This document shows, one piece after another, positions 36,352 through 45,997 of a stretch of DNA of 46,446 nucleotides. The position numbers and the translations under genes were made by a program. The stretch lies in NCBI GenBank assembly GCA_034439715.1, contig JAWXAY010000006.1, forward strand, positions 1-46,446, in the 5' to 3' direction. The notes beneath the pieces were generated by a model. The model was given only the letters and a program-made list of their open reading frames with translations, searched no databases and was not told where the DNA came from. Source of the DNA: Pseudomonadota bacterium (GTDB lineage Bacteria; Bdellovibrionota; Bdellovibrionia; Bdellovibrionales; SG-bin7). Each line of letters starts with the position of its first letter. Within the stretch, counting starts at the first letter, position 1.

Positions 36352-37671
36352 ATGCTAATGATGTTTTCCATGGACATTAGGGATCCCGTTCACGGAAATA
36401 TTCCAATTAGTAATTCTGAAGCATTTGTAGTCAACAGCGCTGTCTTCCAAAGATTGAGATCTATCAAGCAGTTAGGCTTTGCGGAGTTTAGTTTTCCTGG
36501 CGCGACGCACAATAGATTTTTGCATAGCATTGGAGTGACCCATTTAGCAGGAATTGCATTTGATAGTATTTTTAAAACCTATCCCTTTAAGAACCAAGAA
36601 AGTCGTTGGCGTTTACGTCAGGCACTTCGCCTAGCTGCACTTCTCCACGATATTGGTCACGGTCCCCTAAGTCACACGAGCGAAGAAGTCATGCCGCCTG
36701 TCCATAAACTAAATGTTAAAGCCTACGAGCATCGTAAAAGTGGCAAGGGTTACGATAAATCCACTCGCGCAAATCATGAAGACTACACAATTAAAATGAT
36801 TACTGATTCTTCGCTAACCGAAATTATATCTAAACACTTTCCTGATTTAACTCCGTTTCATGTCGCTTGTCTGGTTGATAAATCATTGCTTTGTAAAGAT
36901 GATTTTTTTACCGACGGCGAACTTAATTTTAGACCGATTTTAAGCCAGTTAGTTAGTTCAGAAATGGATGTCGATCGCATGGATTATTTAGGGCGCGACG
37001 CCTATTTTTGTGGAATAAACTACGGCAAGGCCGAAGTTGAATGGTTGCTCGCCAACTTAAGAGTTCACATCGAAAATGGCGAAGTTAATTTAGCCCTCAA
37101 TCGCCGAGCCGTTTATACCTTTGATGATTTTTTGATTTCTCGTCACCACATGCATCTCATGGTTTATTTTCATCATAAGAGCGTCATTTATGAAGAGATG
37201 CTACATAGATATTTAACCAGTCCCACTTGCGATTATCACTTGCCGGCTGATGTGAATGAATATTTACGGTGCACCGATTTTTCGATTTATGAACATATGT
37301 CGAGATCAAGCAACGACTGGGCGCAAAGAATTTCGCGACGAGAGCCATTTAGGGTACTTTTCGAACATCATTCAACTCAAGAAAATCCCCGTTTAGAAAA
37401 TATGAAAAAAGTATTAGAGGCGAATGGCATTCATGTAATATTATCAAATTCGAAAGCGCGGCTATCAAAATATCATAGCAGCTATACAGATGACACTTCC
37501 GCTAAGATTTTTGTAGTGGACCAATATGATCGCCAACAAAAGCCAGTGCCGATAGTCAATATGACCGAAATATTTCAAAAGTACGAAGAAACCCGCGCCA
37601 TCGAGCGTGTTTATGTTCCGCCCGAACAATTTTCTGAGGCCGAAGGCATTTTAATCGATAAAAAACTCTAA
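36352..37671 (+). CDS. HD-domain phosphohydrolase, dNTP triphosphohydrolase (SAMHD1/YdhJ-like) family; start could be 36358, 36361 or 36370
   Basis: [50 protein letters not shown]. Confidence 0.88.
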   Translation: MLMMFSMDIRDPVHGNIPISNSEAFVVNSAVFQRLRSIKQLGFAEFSFPGATHNRFLHSIGVTHLAGIAFDSIFKTYPFKNQESRWRLRQALRLAALLHDIGHGPLSHTSEEVMPPVHKLNVKAYEHRKSGKGYDKSTRANHEDYTIKMITDSSLTEIISKHFPDLTPFHVACLVDKSLLCKDDFFTDGELNFRPILSQLVSSEMDVDRMDYLGRDAYFCGINYGKAEVEWLLANLRVHIENGEVNLALNRRAVYTFDDFLISRHHMHLMVYFHHKSVIYEEMLHRYLTSPTCDYHLPADVNEYLRCTDFSIYEHMSRSSNDWAQRISRREPFRVLFEHHSTQENPRLENMKKVLEANGIHVILSNSKARLSKYHSSYTDDTSAKIFVVDQYDRQQKPVPIVNMTEIFQKYEETRAIERVYVPPEQFSEAEGILIDKKL

Positions 37672-39266
37672 CAACGAACACCGGGAACTTTACACAAACG
37701 AATTTTAAATTCCGCTGGACCCTCAAAACCCGTTAAGGTTAACTCTCTATACCAGACACCCTCGTTAGAAATAAAAATCACGCTAGGCAAACCTTTAATG
37801 TCATATTTTCTTCTGAGTTCACCTAGCTCAGCAGATTCGACTGTGGCATCGTATTGCAAAAAGACGGCGTCGCGAGTTAGTTTTAATATTTCCGGATCGA
37901 CATAAGTTTTTTCTTCGAGTTCCTTGCAGGCCGCACACCAATCAGCATAAAAATCGAGGATGATGGGTTTTTTTTCTGCAATCGCTGTAGCAAAGGCCTC
38001 AGCGCTGTAAATAGAAATGTTTAAAGCCTGTAAATCTGAGGCCCTTGATTGCACATTTTTTTGAGGTTGCAAAACTGGATAGAGGTAATAAATAGACATC
38101 AGCACCATAATGGTGGCAAAAACGTATTTCACGCTCTTCATCCAAAGACCAGATCTGGGGAGGTAGCGGGTGAGCTGCGAAAAAGTGCCTATGGCTAAAA
38201 ATAAAATGCCCATACCCAGAGAATAAGTAAAAAGTAATGTAAACCCGTAGACAACATCTTTAGTCTGAGCGACATGGGTCAAAATACTAATAATAACAGG
38301 TCCCACACATGGGGCAGCCACTAGGCCCGAAACCAGGCCCGCAAAAAGCGCTGTTAGGAATTTTCCATGTGTTTTAAAAGTAACTAATCGTTCTTGCAGT
38401 CGGGGAGGAATGTTGATCTCAAAAACGCCAAACATGCTAAGTGCCATTAAAAAAAATACTAGAGATACAAAAATAATAACGGCTGGGTGTGCCAGTAACG
38501 AGCCAAAAAGCATTCCCGAAGTTGCCGCAAGCACACCGAGACTTGAAAACATAAGGCCAATACCAGTGACATAGGTAAAGCTCAATAAAAATCCCGAGAG
38601 GTGCGAGCGACTTTTGTTATTATTTCCGAGAACGGCGAGAGTAATCGGAATCATCGGGTATACGCAAGGGGTGAGACTCGTGAGAACTCCGGCTATAAAC
38701 ACAAAGAGAAAAGTAAAAAATCTTCCGAATGATAAAGCCCGCTCAAAAGACCAGTCTCCGTTCACAGTTCCTAAAGGCACTGTGGCCACTTGATCGGTTA
38801 CAATAAATTGTGTCGAAAGACTAACAGTTTTTGGAAACAGGCAATGCTTAGTGGTGCATGCCTGGTAGCCCAAATTAAATTCAACATCAAATGAGCCGAC
38901 TTTTTGATCTTGCGGCACTCGCACCTCTGCTAAAACCTCACCCTTTCCTTGAAAACCGTTGCGGTAATTCTGCGATAGTGGGTCAAAAAAATTTATAACA
39001 GGTTGAATTTCAAAACTGTCGACTTTAACTGAGCTAGGTTCTTTTATCGAAAATTTAAATTTATCTAAGTAAGCTTTATAGTATTTATCGAGTTCGATAT
39101 TAATTTTTAATTGAGTCTTTTGGCCGGGGCTTACTTTAATTGGAGATTCGCTCAGCTGAGCGCTCAAAGGGTTTTCATTGAGGTAGTCATCGGGCGCCTG
39201 CTCGGACTGAGCCAATACGCCGACAAACAAAGTAAAAACCAATATATTTCTGATTAGTTTCGTCAT
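37668..39266 (-). CDS. dsbD: Thiol:disulfide interchange protein DsbD
   Basis: N-domain YQACTTKHCLFP; TM LTPCVYPMIP and APCVGP; thioredoxin DFYADWCAAC. Confidence 0.9.
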   Translation of the reverse strand: MTKLIRNILVFTLFVGVLAQSEQAPDDYLNENPLSAQLSESPIKVSPGQKTQLKINIELDKYYKAYLDKFKFSIKEPSSVKVDSFEIQPVINFFDPLSQNYRNGFQGKGEVLAEVRVPQDQKVGSFDVEFNLGYQACTTKHCLFPKTVSLSTQFIVTDQVATVPLGTVNGDWSFERALSFGRFFTFLFVFIAGVLTSLTPCVYPMIPITLAVLGNNNKSRSHLSGFLLSFTYVTGIGLMFSSLGVLAATSGMLFGSLLAHPAVIIFVSLVFFLMALSMFGVFEINIPPRLQERLVTFKTHGKFLTALFAGLVSGLVAAPCVGPVIISILTHVAQTKDVVYGFTLLFTYSLGMGILFLAIGTFSQLTRYLPRSGLWMKSVKYVFATIMVLMSIYYLYPVLQPQKNVQSRASDLQALNISIYSAEAFATAIAEKKPIILDFYADWCAACKELEEKTYVDPEILKLTRDAVFLQYDATVESAELGELRRKYDIKGLPSVIFISNEGVWYRELTLTGFEGPAEFKIRLCKVPGVRC

Positions 39267-39997
39267 GACATTTTTACCGTAGAAGCAATCAGAGAGATCA
39301 TTTCATCGAATTGAAGTTTTGCCACATTTCGCCTTCTCGTTGAAATTATATGTCGGAAGAAACCAATTTGAGCCAAATGATCGAGTTCGAGATTTCCCAA
39401 AAGCACACCCCATTTTTGACTTTCATAGGGGATAATACCATCAAATCTCTCAACAGAGTCAAACCTTAGACCAGCACCCATTAACAGAAAGCGAAAAACA
39501 AGCTCCAATTCCGAGGCCTTGGGTGCCGACAAAATGCTGTAGTAGGCGATAGTGTCTATATCGGGATAGGTTTCATTGAATTTTTTGAGAGCAAGCGGAG
39601 TTAATTTTTCAAAAAACTTAACTCTATGTTTTAAATCGTAACCCGCGGCACGCATGACTTTGGAAAGTAATTTCTTTCGCACAGGTAAACTCAAGGCCCG
39701 GTCGGCCAGGGGAGTGCCCAAATGTGGTGTAGCAATAGTAATGATTCGTTTAATTGTACTAGAGTGTCCTTTTTGGTGAGCCAATGCTCTGGCGATCAGT
39801 CCGCCCGTTGAATGGCCCAGGAGAGTTACCATTTTAGCGGATCCGTGCACTCGTTCGTTATAACAAACTAGACGAACATCGTGCTTTAGTAGGGCAGCGC
39901 TAATATGCGAATGCATTTGACCGAATCGAAATGGACCCACATGGATTTGGCCATCGCCATATGTATTAAGTCCAGGGATGTAGAAGATCTCGACCAT
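39263..39997 (-). CDS. Lipase/esterase, alpha/beta hydrolase
   Basis: GHSTGG nucleophile elbow, TIATPHLGT, DGII, DHL. Confidence 0.82.
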   Translation of the reverse strand: MVEIFYIPGLNTYGDGQIHVGPFRFGQMHSHISAALLKHDVRLVCYNERVHGSAKMVTLLGHSTGGLIARALAHQKGHSSTIKRIITIATPHLGTPLADRALSLPVRKKLLSKVMRAAGYDLKHRVKFFEKLTPLALKKFNETYPDIDTIAYYSILSAPKASELELVFRFLLMGAGLRFDSVERFDGIIPYESQKWGVLLGNLELDHLAQIGFFRHIISTRRRNVAKLQFDEMISLIASTVKMS

Positions 39998-40004
39998 AAA
40001 GTAT

Positions 40005-40031
40005 TAAACATATGAGTCTAAATACCGAGAA
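40005..40031 (+). promoter_or_regulatory. sigma28 (FliA) promoter of motAB
   Basis: TAAA-N15-ACCGAGAA, then GAGGA RBS and ATG 40050. Confidence 0.7.
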
Positions 40032-40049
40032 AGACAATGAGGAACTTAA

Positions 40050-40910
40050 ATGGGTTTTGCTGGTGCACTAATAGTTATTATTTGCGTGTTTGGCGGTTTT
40101 ATAGGCGGCGGTGGACACATGCACGTGCTGTGGCAACCCTACGAATTTGTAATTATATTTGGTGCTGCTTTAGGTGGCTTTATTACTGCTAATCCGATGT
40201 CTGTGGTAAAGGCAGCATTTTCCAGAGCCATTAAAGGCATGGTTAGAGGTGGGCCGAATAAAAAAGAATACGTTGAGCTGTTGCAATTACTTTTTCGACT
40301 TTTTCAAATTTTTCGTAAGGACGGTCCACAAGCTGTAGAGAAACACATCGAGGAGCCGGATAAGAGTGATATCTTTAAAGCTTATCCCAGTTTTTTGCGA
40401 AATCATCATGCGGTTCATTTCTTATGTGACACCATGAAAATTACACTGTCGGCCGACCTTACTCAATATGATGTAGATGATCTTTTGGAGATGGACGTGA
40501 GAACGGCACATGAAGAAGAACATGCTGCAGCCCATGCCGTCGGTACAGTTGCCGACGGACTTCCGGGGCTAGGGATTGTGGCCGCAGTTTTAGGGGTAGT
40601 GCACACTATGGCACTTCTTGACCAGGGCACACAAATCATCGGTAACTCTGTGGGTGCCGCTCTTATCGGAACTTTTATTGGAGTTTTGTTTTGTTACGGA
40701 TTTTTTGGTCCCATAGCAAAAAAGATGGAAAGCGATATTAATTCTGAAGGCCGATATTTAGCTGTTATTAAAGCCGCTCTAGTGGCTCTACAAAAAGGTG
40801 CTCCTCCACTTGTCTGCGTGGAATACGCTCGCCGAAATATCTACCCTAATGATCGACCTAGTTTTGATGAACTTGATAAGGCCACTAAAGATGCTAAGAA
40901 AGTAGCTTAA
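40050..40910 (+). CDS. motA: Flagellar stator MotA
   Basis: QPYEFVIIFGAALG, RKDG...E, LPGLGIVAAVLGVV, ALIGTFIG, P....VEYAR. Confidence 0.95.
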   Translation: MGFAGALIVIICVFGGFIGGGGHMHVLWQPYEFVIIFGAALGGFITANPMSVVKAAFSRAIKGMVRGGPNKKEYVELLQLLFRLFQIFRKDGPQAVEKHIEEPDKSDIFKAYPSFLRNHHAVHFLCDTMKITLSADLTQYDVDDLLEMDVRTAHEEEHAAAHAVGTVADGLPGLGIVAAVLGVVHTMALLDQGTQIIGNSVGAALIGTFIGVLFCYGFFGPIAKKMESDINSEGRYLAVIKAALVALQKGAPPLVCVEYARRNIYPNDRPSFDELDKATKDAKKVA

Positions 40911-40925
40911 AGAGGGTTAAGTCAA

Positions 40926-41810
40926 ATGGCCGACAAGGGCTCGTTGATCGTCATTAAAAAAGTCTATGTCAATGCCGCCGGAGCTCATGGCGGATCCTGG
41001 AAGGTGGCCTTCGCCGACTTTATGACCGCTATGATGTGTTTCTTTTTGGTGATGTGGCTGTTGTCTTCAAATGCCAGCGATCGTGCTAACGTAGCTGAGT
41101 ATTTTTCTACCCCTAGTGTTATTGAGTATGAGTTCCAACATTACGGAGTGGAGCTTACCTTAGAGAAACTATTTTTAGATTTATTTAGTGAGCCGCTAAA
41201 AGTTTTTCAGTCTTTCATTACTCCAATCGATCATACGCCTAATATAATGAGCTTTGGCTTAAAAAAGGTTGTACTACAACACTTAGCCAACGAATTGGGA
41301 GAGGTTGCTGAAAAGGTTTCGGTTACATCTGATACGATCGATTTTGATATCCCTGAAAGTGTCTTATTTGAAAAGGGTACAGCTAATCCGTCGGCGCAGT
41401 ATGCTGTAGTTATGGATAAGGTAAAGAAAATTACGGTTGGGCTTGAAGATAGCACCATAGAAGTAACTTCTCAGCTCTACTATCAAAACGTACCTAACAA
41501 AAATCCCAAGACTACAAAAAATGTAGCTGAGGCCAGGGTTGACATTGTTGGCAAAGAGATAGAAACTTCGTTCGAAAGTAAATCGATGGAGTTAAAGCGA
41601 AAGGTCGTTACGGGCTCTGCTGATAAATTAGGTCCCGATGGTATGCCAATGGGTGGAAAAATTAAAATATCAATTAAACAAAAACAGGAACTCCCAAGCG
41701 GAAAGATTCCGAGAAAATTAGAAAACGTTTTTGGTGAGTCTTCCTCTTCAGATCAGGATGTTTACCAACAATTCGTCGATCGCCTGTCAAAACGAAAAAT
41801 AAAAAAGTAA
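40926..41810 (+). CDS. motB: Flagellar stator MotB with divergent periplasmic domain
   Basis: [25 protein letters not shown] with essential Asp; follows motA. Confidence 0.88.
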   Translation: MADKGSLIVIKKVYVNAAGAHGGSWKVAFADFMTAMMCFFLVMWLLSSNASDRANVAEYFSTPSVIEYEFQHYGVELTLEKLFLDLFSEPLKVFQSFITPIDHTPNIMSFGLKKVVLQHLANELGEVAEKVSVTSDTIDFDIPESVLFEKGTANPSAQYAVVMDKVKKITVGLEDSTIEVTSQLYYQNVPNKNPKTTKNVAEARVDIVGKEIETSFESKSMELKRKVVTGSADKLGPDGMPMGGKIKISIKQKQELPSGKIPRKLENVFGESSSSDQDVYQQFVDRLSKRKIKK

Positions 41811-41825
41811 GGATCGACTAGCCTC

Positions 41826-42653
41826 ATGATGAATCTTGTTTGGCCCGAGTTGACTCTTATCGCGTTCGACATTGAAACCTCAGGCGCTTACCCTCTCGAC
41901 AGCGAAATATGCGAAATAGCTGCAGTGAAGTGGGAGGGCGGAGAGATTGTTGCTGAATTTCAAACGCTTGTAAAGCCTACCAAACCTATGTCGGATTTTA
42001 TTATCGGCATTCATGGCATCACAAATGAAATGGTGACTACGGCGCCAATGATCAAAGAAAAGATTGGAGAGTTTCGCGAATTTATTGAGGGGGGAATATT
42101 AGTAGCGCATCATGCACCCTTTGATTTAGGATTTTTATCGGTAGAATTTGAACGATTCCATCAGGCTTTGCCCAGCGAGCCTGTTTTATGTACTTCGCTT
42201 ATTTCGCGAAAAGTTATTACAGATTCTGAAAACCACAAACTCCAGACGCTAATAAAACACTTGGGGCTCATGCAGGGTCAAGCTCACCGAGCCTTGGACG
42301 ACACCAAAGCTTGTTTGGAGTTGGCCTTGCACTGTTTAAATAAATTTGGCGAAGAAAAAACCTTAGCACAAATTTTGGAACTTCAAGAAAAGTCTCTCTA
42401 CTGGAAGAACTACTCTATTCAGTCCCTACTAAGGAATGACATTACGAAAACTCTAGTTAATGCCATCGAAAAGAAAATAAAAGTAGACATTATTTATCAG
42501 GGGGGAAGTCTCAAAGGGACCCGCACCATATGGCCAAAGGGTATTGTGCGGAACCCCGATGGAGATTACTTGGCAGCCTTAGATGACGGTGACGTTGGTG
42601 GTCTCGTAAAAAGATTTTATTTAGGGAAAATCAAAGAAGCCTGCAGTATCTAG
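41826..42653 (+). CDS. DEDDh 3'-5' exonuclease (DnaQ-like) with C-terminal WYL-like domain
   Basis: FDIETSG, IHGIT, AHHAPFDLGFL, HRALDD; C-terminal IIY...TRTIWP...YL.A...RFYLGKI. Confidence 0.82.
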   Translation: MMNLVWPELTLIAFDIETSGAYPLDSEICEIAAVKWEGGEIVAEFQTLVKPTKPMSDFIIGIHGITNEMVTTAPMIKEKIGEFREFIEGGILVAHHAPFDLGFLSVEFERFHQALPSEPVLCTSLISRKVITDSENHKLQTLIKHLGLMQGQAHRALDDTKACLELALHCLNKFGEEKTLAQILELQEKSLYWKNYSIQSLLRNDITKTLVNAIEKKIKVDIIYQGGSLKGTRTIWPKGIVRNPDGDYLAALDDGDVGGLVKRFYLGKIKEACSI

Positions 42654-43549
42654 GGGGCCTTATCATTCATTTCGACAAATCGGCTTTGAAGTTTATTGGC
42701 TAGCGCCTCGAGATGCATAAATTCGTCGCCCGCGCGAAATTTTAGCTTTCGAGTTTTACCCGCCAATAAATCCTCTAAGAATTTTTCGAAGGCAAAAATA
42801 GGTCCCACAGTTCTATGGGATAGTCTTCTGCCAAGTAAGAAAAGCATCAATGAAAAGATGAGACTTACAATCATAAACGTAATAATAAAAGACCAAAGTA
42901 AATGATTAACACTTGAAGTGGCGCGTGTGTTCCAATCTGTCAATGCCACTTTCAAGAATGTATACGAAAAGGTGCCACTAATTACAGAAAATCCCAATCC
43001 TGCCGCAACAAGAATCAAACAGTAACGAATTTGGTACTTGGGATTAATCCAAAGTGAATTTCTTAAATTATGTTCGGGCCAGAGTATTTCACTTTCTCTT
43101 ATAAGAGAATAGCAGATCATCGCATAGGCCACCCATTGAACGGCATCGGCCACGTTAAAAACTGCCGTTGAGATTTGGGCATTTCCAATAATCAAAAAGT
43201 CGACGACGTAACCCCACAGTATTCGATCAGTCACATTTCCAAGAATTCCACTAAGGAGTATGGAGAGACCCATTCTAAGAGTTAGAGATTTGATCGGTAA
43301 AAGGTACTGGATCATAACAAAAGAAAAAAGCAAAAAGGCGCCCCCGGTGGAAAGGCAGACGACCCGAATAATGGCAGGAAGATCAGAAAACATCCCCAGC
43401 ATGACGCCGGGATTTTTTTTCAAGACAATAATAAGTGGGCCAAATTCATATATCTGGGTAAGGTTGTGAGCCCACATTTTAGTAATTCGATCGATTCCCC
43501 AACTTACAAAAAGTGGGGCTAGAACAATGATCCAATCTTTTCTTTTCAT
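42650..43549 (-). CDS. lspA: Lipoprotein signal peptidase II fused to a TM + HAMP-like C-terminal region (start revised to ATG 43549)
   Basis: DRITK, NPG..LG, GNVTDR...VVDF, FNVAD; extension with two TMs and SHRTVGP...RAGDEF..L. Confidence 0.82.
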   Translation of the reverse strand: MKRKDWIIVLAPLFVSWGIDRITKMWAHNLTQIYEFGPLIIVLKKNPGVMLGMFSDLPAIIRVVCLSTGGAFLLFSFVMIQYLLPIKSLTLRMGLSILLSGILGNVTDRILWGYVVDFLIIGNAQISTAVFNVADAVQWVAYAMICYSLIRESEILWPEHNLRNSLWINPKYQIRYCLILVAAGLGFSVISGTFSYTFLKVALTDWNTRATSSVNHLLWSFIITFMIVSLIFSLMLFLLGRRLSHRTVGPIFAFEKFLEDLLAGKTRKLKFRAGDEFMHLEALANKLQSRFVEMNDKAP

Positions 43550-43589
43550 TACTAACAAGTGTATCTAGCAAAACTGAAAAAAGGGACTC

Positions 43590-44507
43590 TTAACAAAAAT
43601 ATGCGACCACAGTCTGATTTCGGCCTCGTCTTTTAGCTTGTTGTAGAGCTGCTTGGGCGGAGGAAATCAGGTCTCCGTATTGTTTACCGTGATCGGGACA
43701 ATGGGCAATGCCTACGCTTACTGTTACGTAAGCAGGCCTTTTGTAAGGTCCAAAAAAGGGATGCTGCTCGAATCCCTGGCGGAGTCGTTCAGCAATTTCA
43801 ATATCTTGACGACCCTCAAGTAAGCTTAACATAAAACCGAACTCGTCGCTTCCAAATCTAAAAACCGTAGTGCCCTCGGGAATGAGCTTTTTTATTCTTT
43901 CGCCGATGGCAGTAAGAAGTTTGTCGCCTTCGCCATAACCAAAGTTATCGTTAAAATTTTTAAACTGATCAACATCGACAAGAAAGACAGACAAGCGAGA
44001 AAGCTTTTTCGTAGACTCATCCAGTTTAAAATCCACCGAACTTTGAAAATAGCGGGAGTTGGCAAGGCCGGTTACTGAATCAGTGATTGCGATTTTTTCT
44101 AAACCCGATAGCTGAGATTTGGTATTAAAGAGATGATAGGCGCTGTGGATCACCGCCATCAAGTAGGGATAGTCGAGTGGTTTTTCAACAAAGCCTTGAA
44201 TCTCATCACTTTTTATTTTTTCTTTAGCCTCAAGCCACTGAATCTGGGATTTCATGATGACGAAGCTTGTGTTGGCCAGGAATTCGCGAGCAAAACTTAT
44301 AATTGAGGCCTCTTCGGTCTGAAAGAGAGAGTCGTCCAACAAAATAACAGACAAGTCTGGATTTTCACGAATAATTTCTAAGGCTTGTTCTTGCTCGCCT
44401 GCGCTTAATAGTGTGAACTCTGGCTCTAAGTGGACCGCTAAATCCCGCAGAGTTTGAAAGTGCGGATCAATTACGAGTATTTTTGGCTTGGCGGCATTCT
44501 CATTCAT
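43590..44507 (-). CDS. Receiver-like + GGDEF domain protein (GSDEF variant)
   Basis: KILVID, ILLDD, FVEKP; DSVTGLAN, DVDQFKNFND.FG..EGD, RFGSDEF, TVSVG, AK..GRN. Confidence 0.88.
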   Translation of the reverse strand: MNENAAKPKILVIDPHFQTLRDLAVHLEPEFTLLSAGEQEQALEIIRENPDLSVILLDDSLFQTEEASIISFAREFLANTSFVIMKSQIQWLEAKEKIKSDEIQGFVEKPLDYPYLMAVIHSAYHLFNTKSQLSGLEKIAITDSVTGLANSRYFQSSVDFKLDESTKKLSRLSVFLVDVDQFKNFNDNFGYGEGDKLLTAIGERIKKLIPEGTTVFRFGSDEFGFMLSLLEGRQDIEIAERLRQGFEQHPFFGPYKRPAYVTVSVGIAHCPDHGKQYGDLISSAQAALQQAKRRGRNQTVVAYFC

Positions 44508-44600
44508 AAAACCTGCAGAGACATAGCAAACTTTGTGGGTTAGCGCAACGCGAAACTATGATGGGTTGAACCAAATTATTATCGAGCTTAAACTCAATTC

Positions 44601-45992
44601 ATGCAATTTTTGTTGGGAATTCTTTTTTTGACCCATTTCACTTTTGCCATTGATTTGTCTCCGATCAAAAATGATCTCAAAAAATCAATAGATAAGGCTC
44701 CCGGCAAGAGCAGTGAGTATAGTCTCTGGGTGGGGCAAGACGATGGAACTGCCATTTTTGCAGTTAACGAATCTACCAAAAGGATCCCAGCCTCTCTGAC
44801 GAAAATATTTACAGCCGGTACTGTTTTAAAGAAAATCCCAGTAACCCGGCGTTTTTTAACCGAAGTTTGGGCCAATAAAGACCTTCCTGAAAACAGCCTT
44901 TGTTTGAAAGGGGGGGGGGATCCTACTTTTGTTTCAGAAACTATGTGGGTTTTAGTAAATAATCTAGCTCGGTCGGGAATTAAGAGCGTCAAGCAAGGGA
45001 TCATTGTCGACGATACTCTGTTTGATAAGCAGTATATCGATCGGTCTCGTGAGAGTGTGAGAGTGGACCGGGCCTATGATGCACCAGTAAGCGCTATGTC
45101 TTTTAATTGGAATTCCGTCAATGTGATTGTTCGTCCCGGAGTTACAGCGGGTAGCTTGGCTTCGGTTTTTTTAGATCCCGAAACAAAATATGTGCAATTA
45201 AAGTCAGGTGTTAAAACGATAGCCAAGGGAAAGGAACGCCTTTCTGTTGAAAGAAAAAATTTAAAACCCTTTGGCGACTTGATTGAGGCTAGTGGAGAAT
45301 TTTTGATGGGGGCGTCTGAAAAGATTATATATAAGAATATTAGCGACCCGCCTCTGTGGTCGGGATATGCATTTATTGAATTTTTGGCTCAGCGGGGAAT
45401 TAAAGTGGGCGGTGATGTAAAGGTCGGGAGCTGTCCCTCAGATTTTGAAATGGTCGCTAAGTCAGAGAGCTGGCCGCTATCGTCGGTAGTTGCCGATATG
45501 ATGAAGTTTTCAAATAATTATGTTGCCGAAATGCTTACAAAACACTTGTCTAATCCTAGTTCTGCTAACCCGGGGTCGTTAGAGGGGGGCCTAGCAAAAA
45601 TTCGTGAGGTTATCGAAGAATCGGGAGTCGACAAAAATGACTATGTGTTGATTAATCCTTCAGGTCTAACTCGAAAAAATCAATTTACGGCGAAGGACAT
45701 GGGTCGATTTCTGCAGTTTATTCAGCGCGATTTTCAGATATTTCCTGAGTTTTTAGCGAGCTTTCCCATTTCAGGCCAGGACGGGACACTTAAAAATCGC
45801 ATGTCCAACCCTCCGGCTAAAGGTTGGATACGGGCTAAAACGGGTATGTTAAATGGGGCCATTGGTCTAGCTGGGTTTGCTGGCCGTCAATCTGGTGAAA
45901 TCATTACTTTTGTTTTCATTTATAACGGATCTACCGATACGTTTAGAGTGCGAGATTACTTCGATCAACTGGCTGAAATCTTAGTACGCTAA
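44601..45992 (+). CDS. dacB: D-alanyl-D-alanine carboxypeptidase/endopeptidase PBP4 (peptidase S13)
   Basis: PASLTK (SxxK), GGGDP, SNN (SxN), SGLTR, AKTG. Confidence 0.93.
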   Translation: MQFLLGILFLTHFTFAIDLSPIKNDLKKSIDKAPGKSSEYSLWVGQDDGTAIFAVNESTKRIPASLTKIFTAGTVLKKIPVTRRFLTEVWANKDLPENSLCLKGGGDPTFVSETMWVLVNNLARSGIKSVKQGIIVDDTLFDKQYIDRSRESVRVDRAYDAPVSAMSFNWNSVNVIVRPGVTAGSLASVFLDPETKYVQLKSGVKTIAKGKERLSVERKNLKPFGDLIEASGEFLMGASEKIIYKNISDPPLWSGYAFIEFLAQRGIKVGGDVKVGSCPSDFEMVAKSESWPLSSVVADMMKFSNNYVAEMLTKHLSNPSSANPGSLEGGLAKIREVIEESGVDKNDYVLINPSGLTRKNQFTAKDMGRFLQFIQRDFQIFPEFLASFPISGQDGTLKNRMSNPPAKGWIRAKTGMLNGAIGLAGFAGRQSGEIITFVFIYNGSTDTFRVRDYFDQLAEILVR

Positions 45993-45997
45993 ACAAT

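Noticed and set aside
433..45004. Numerous 60-136 aa ORFs nested in or antisense to recognised genes
   Set aside because: No motifs or RBS, and fully overlapping well-supported CDSs; treated as shadow ORFs
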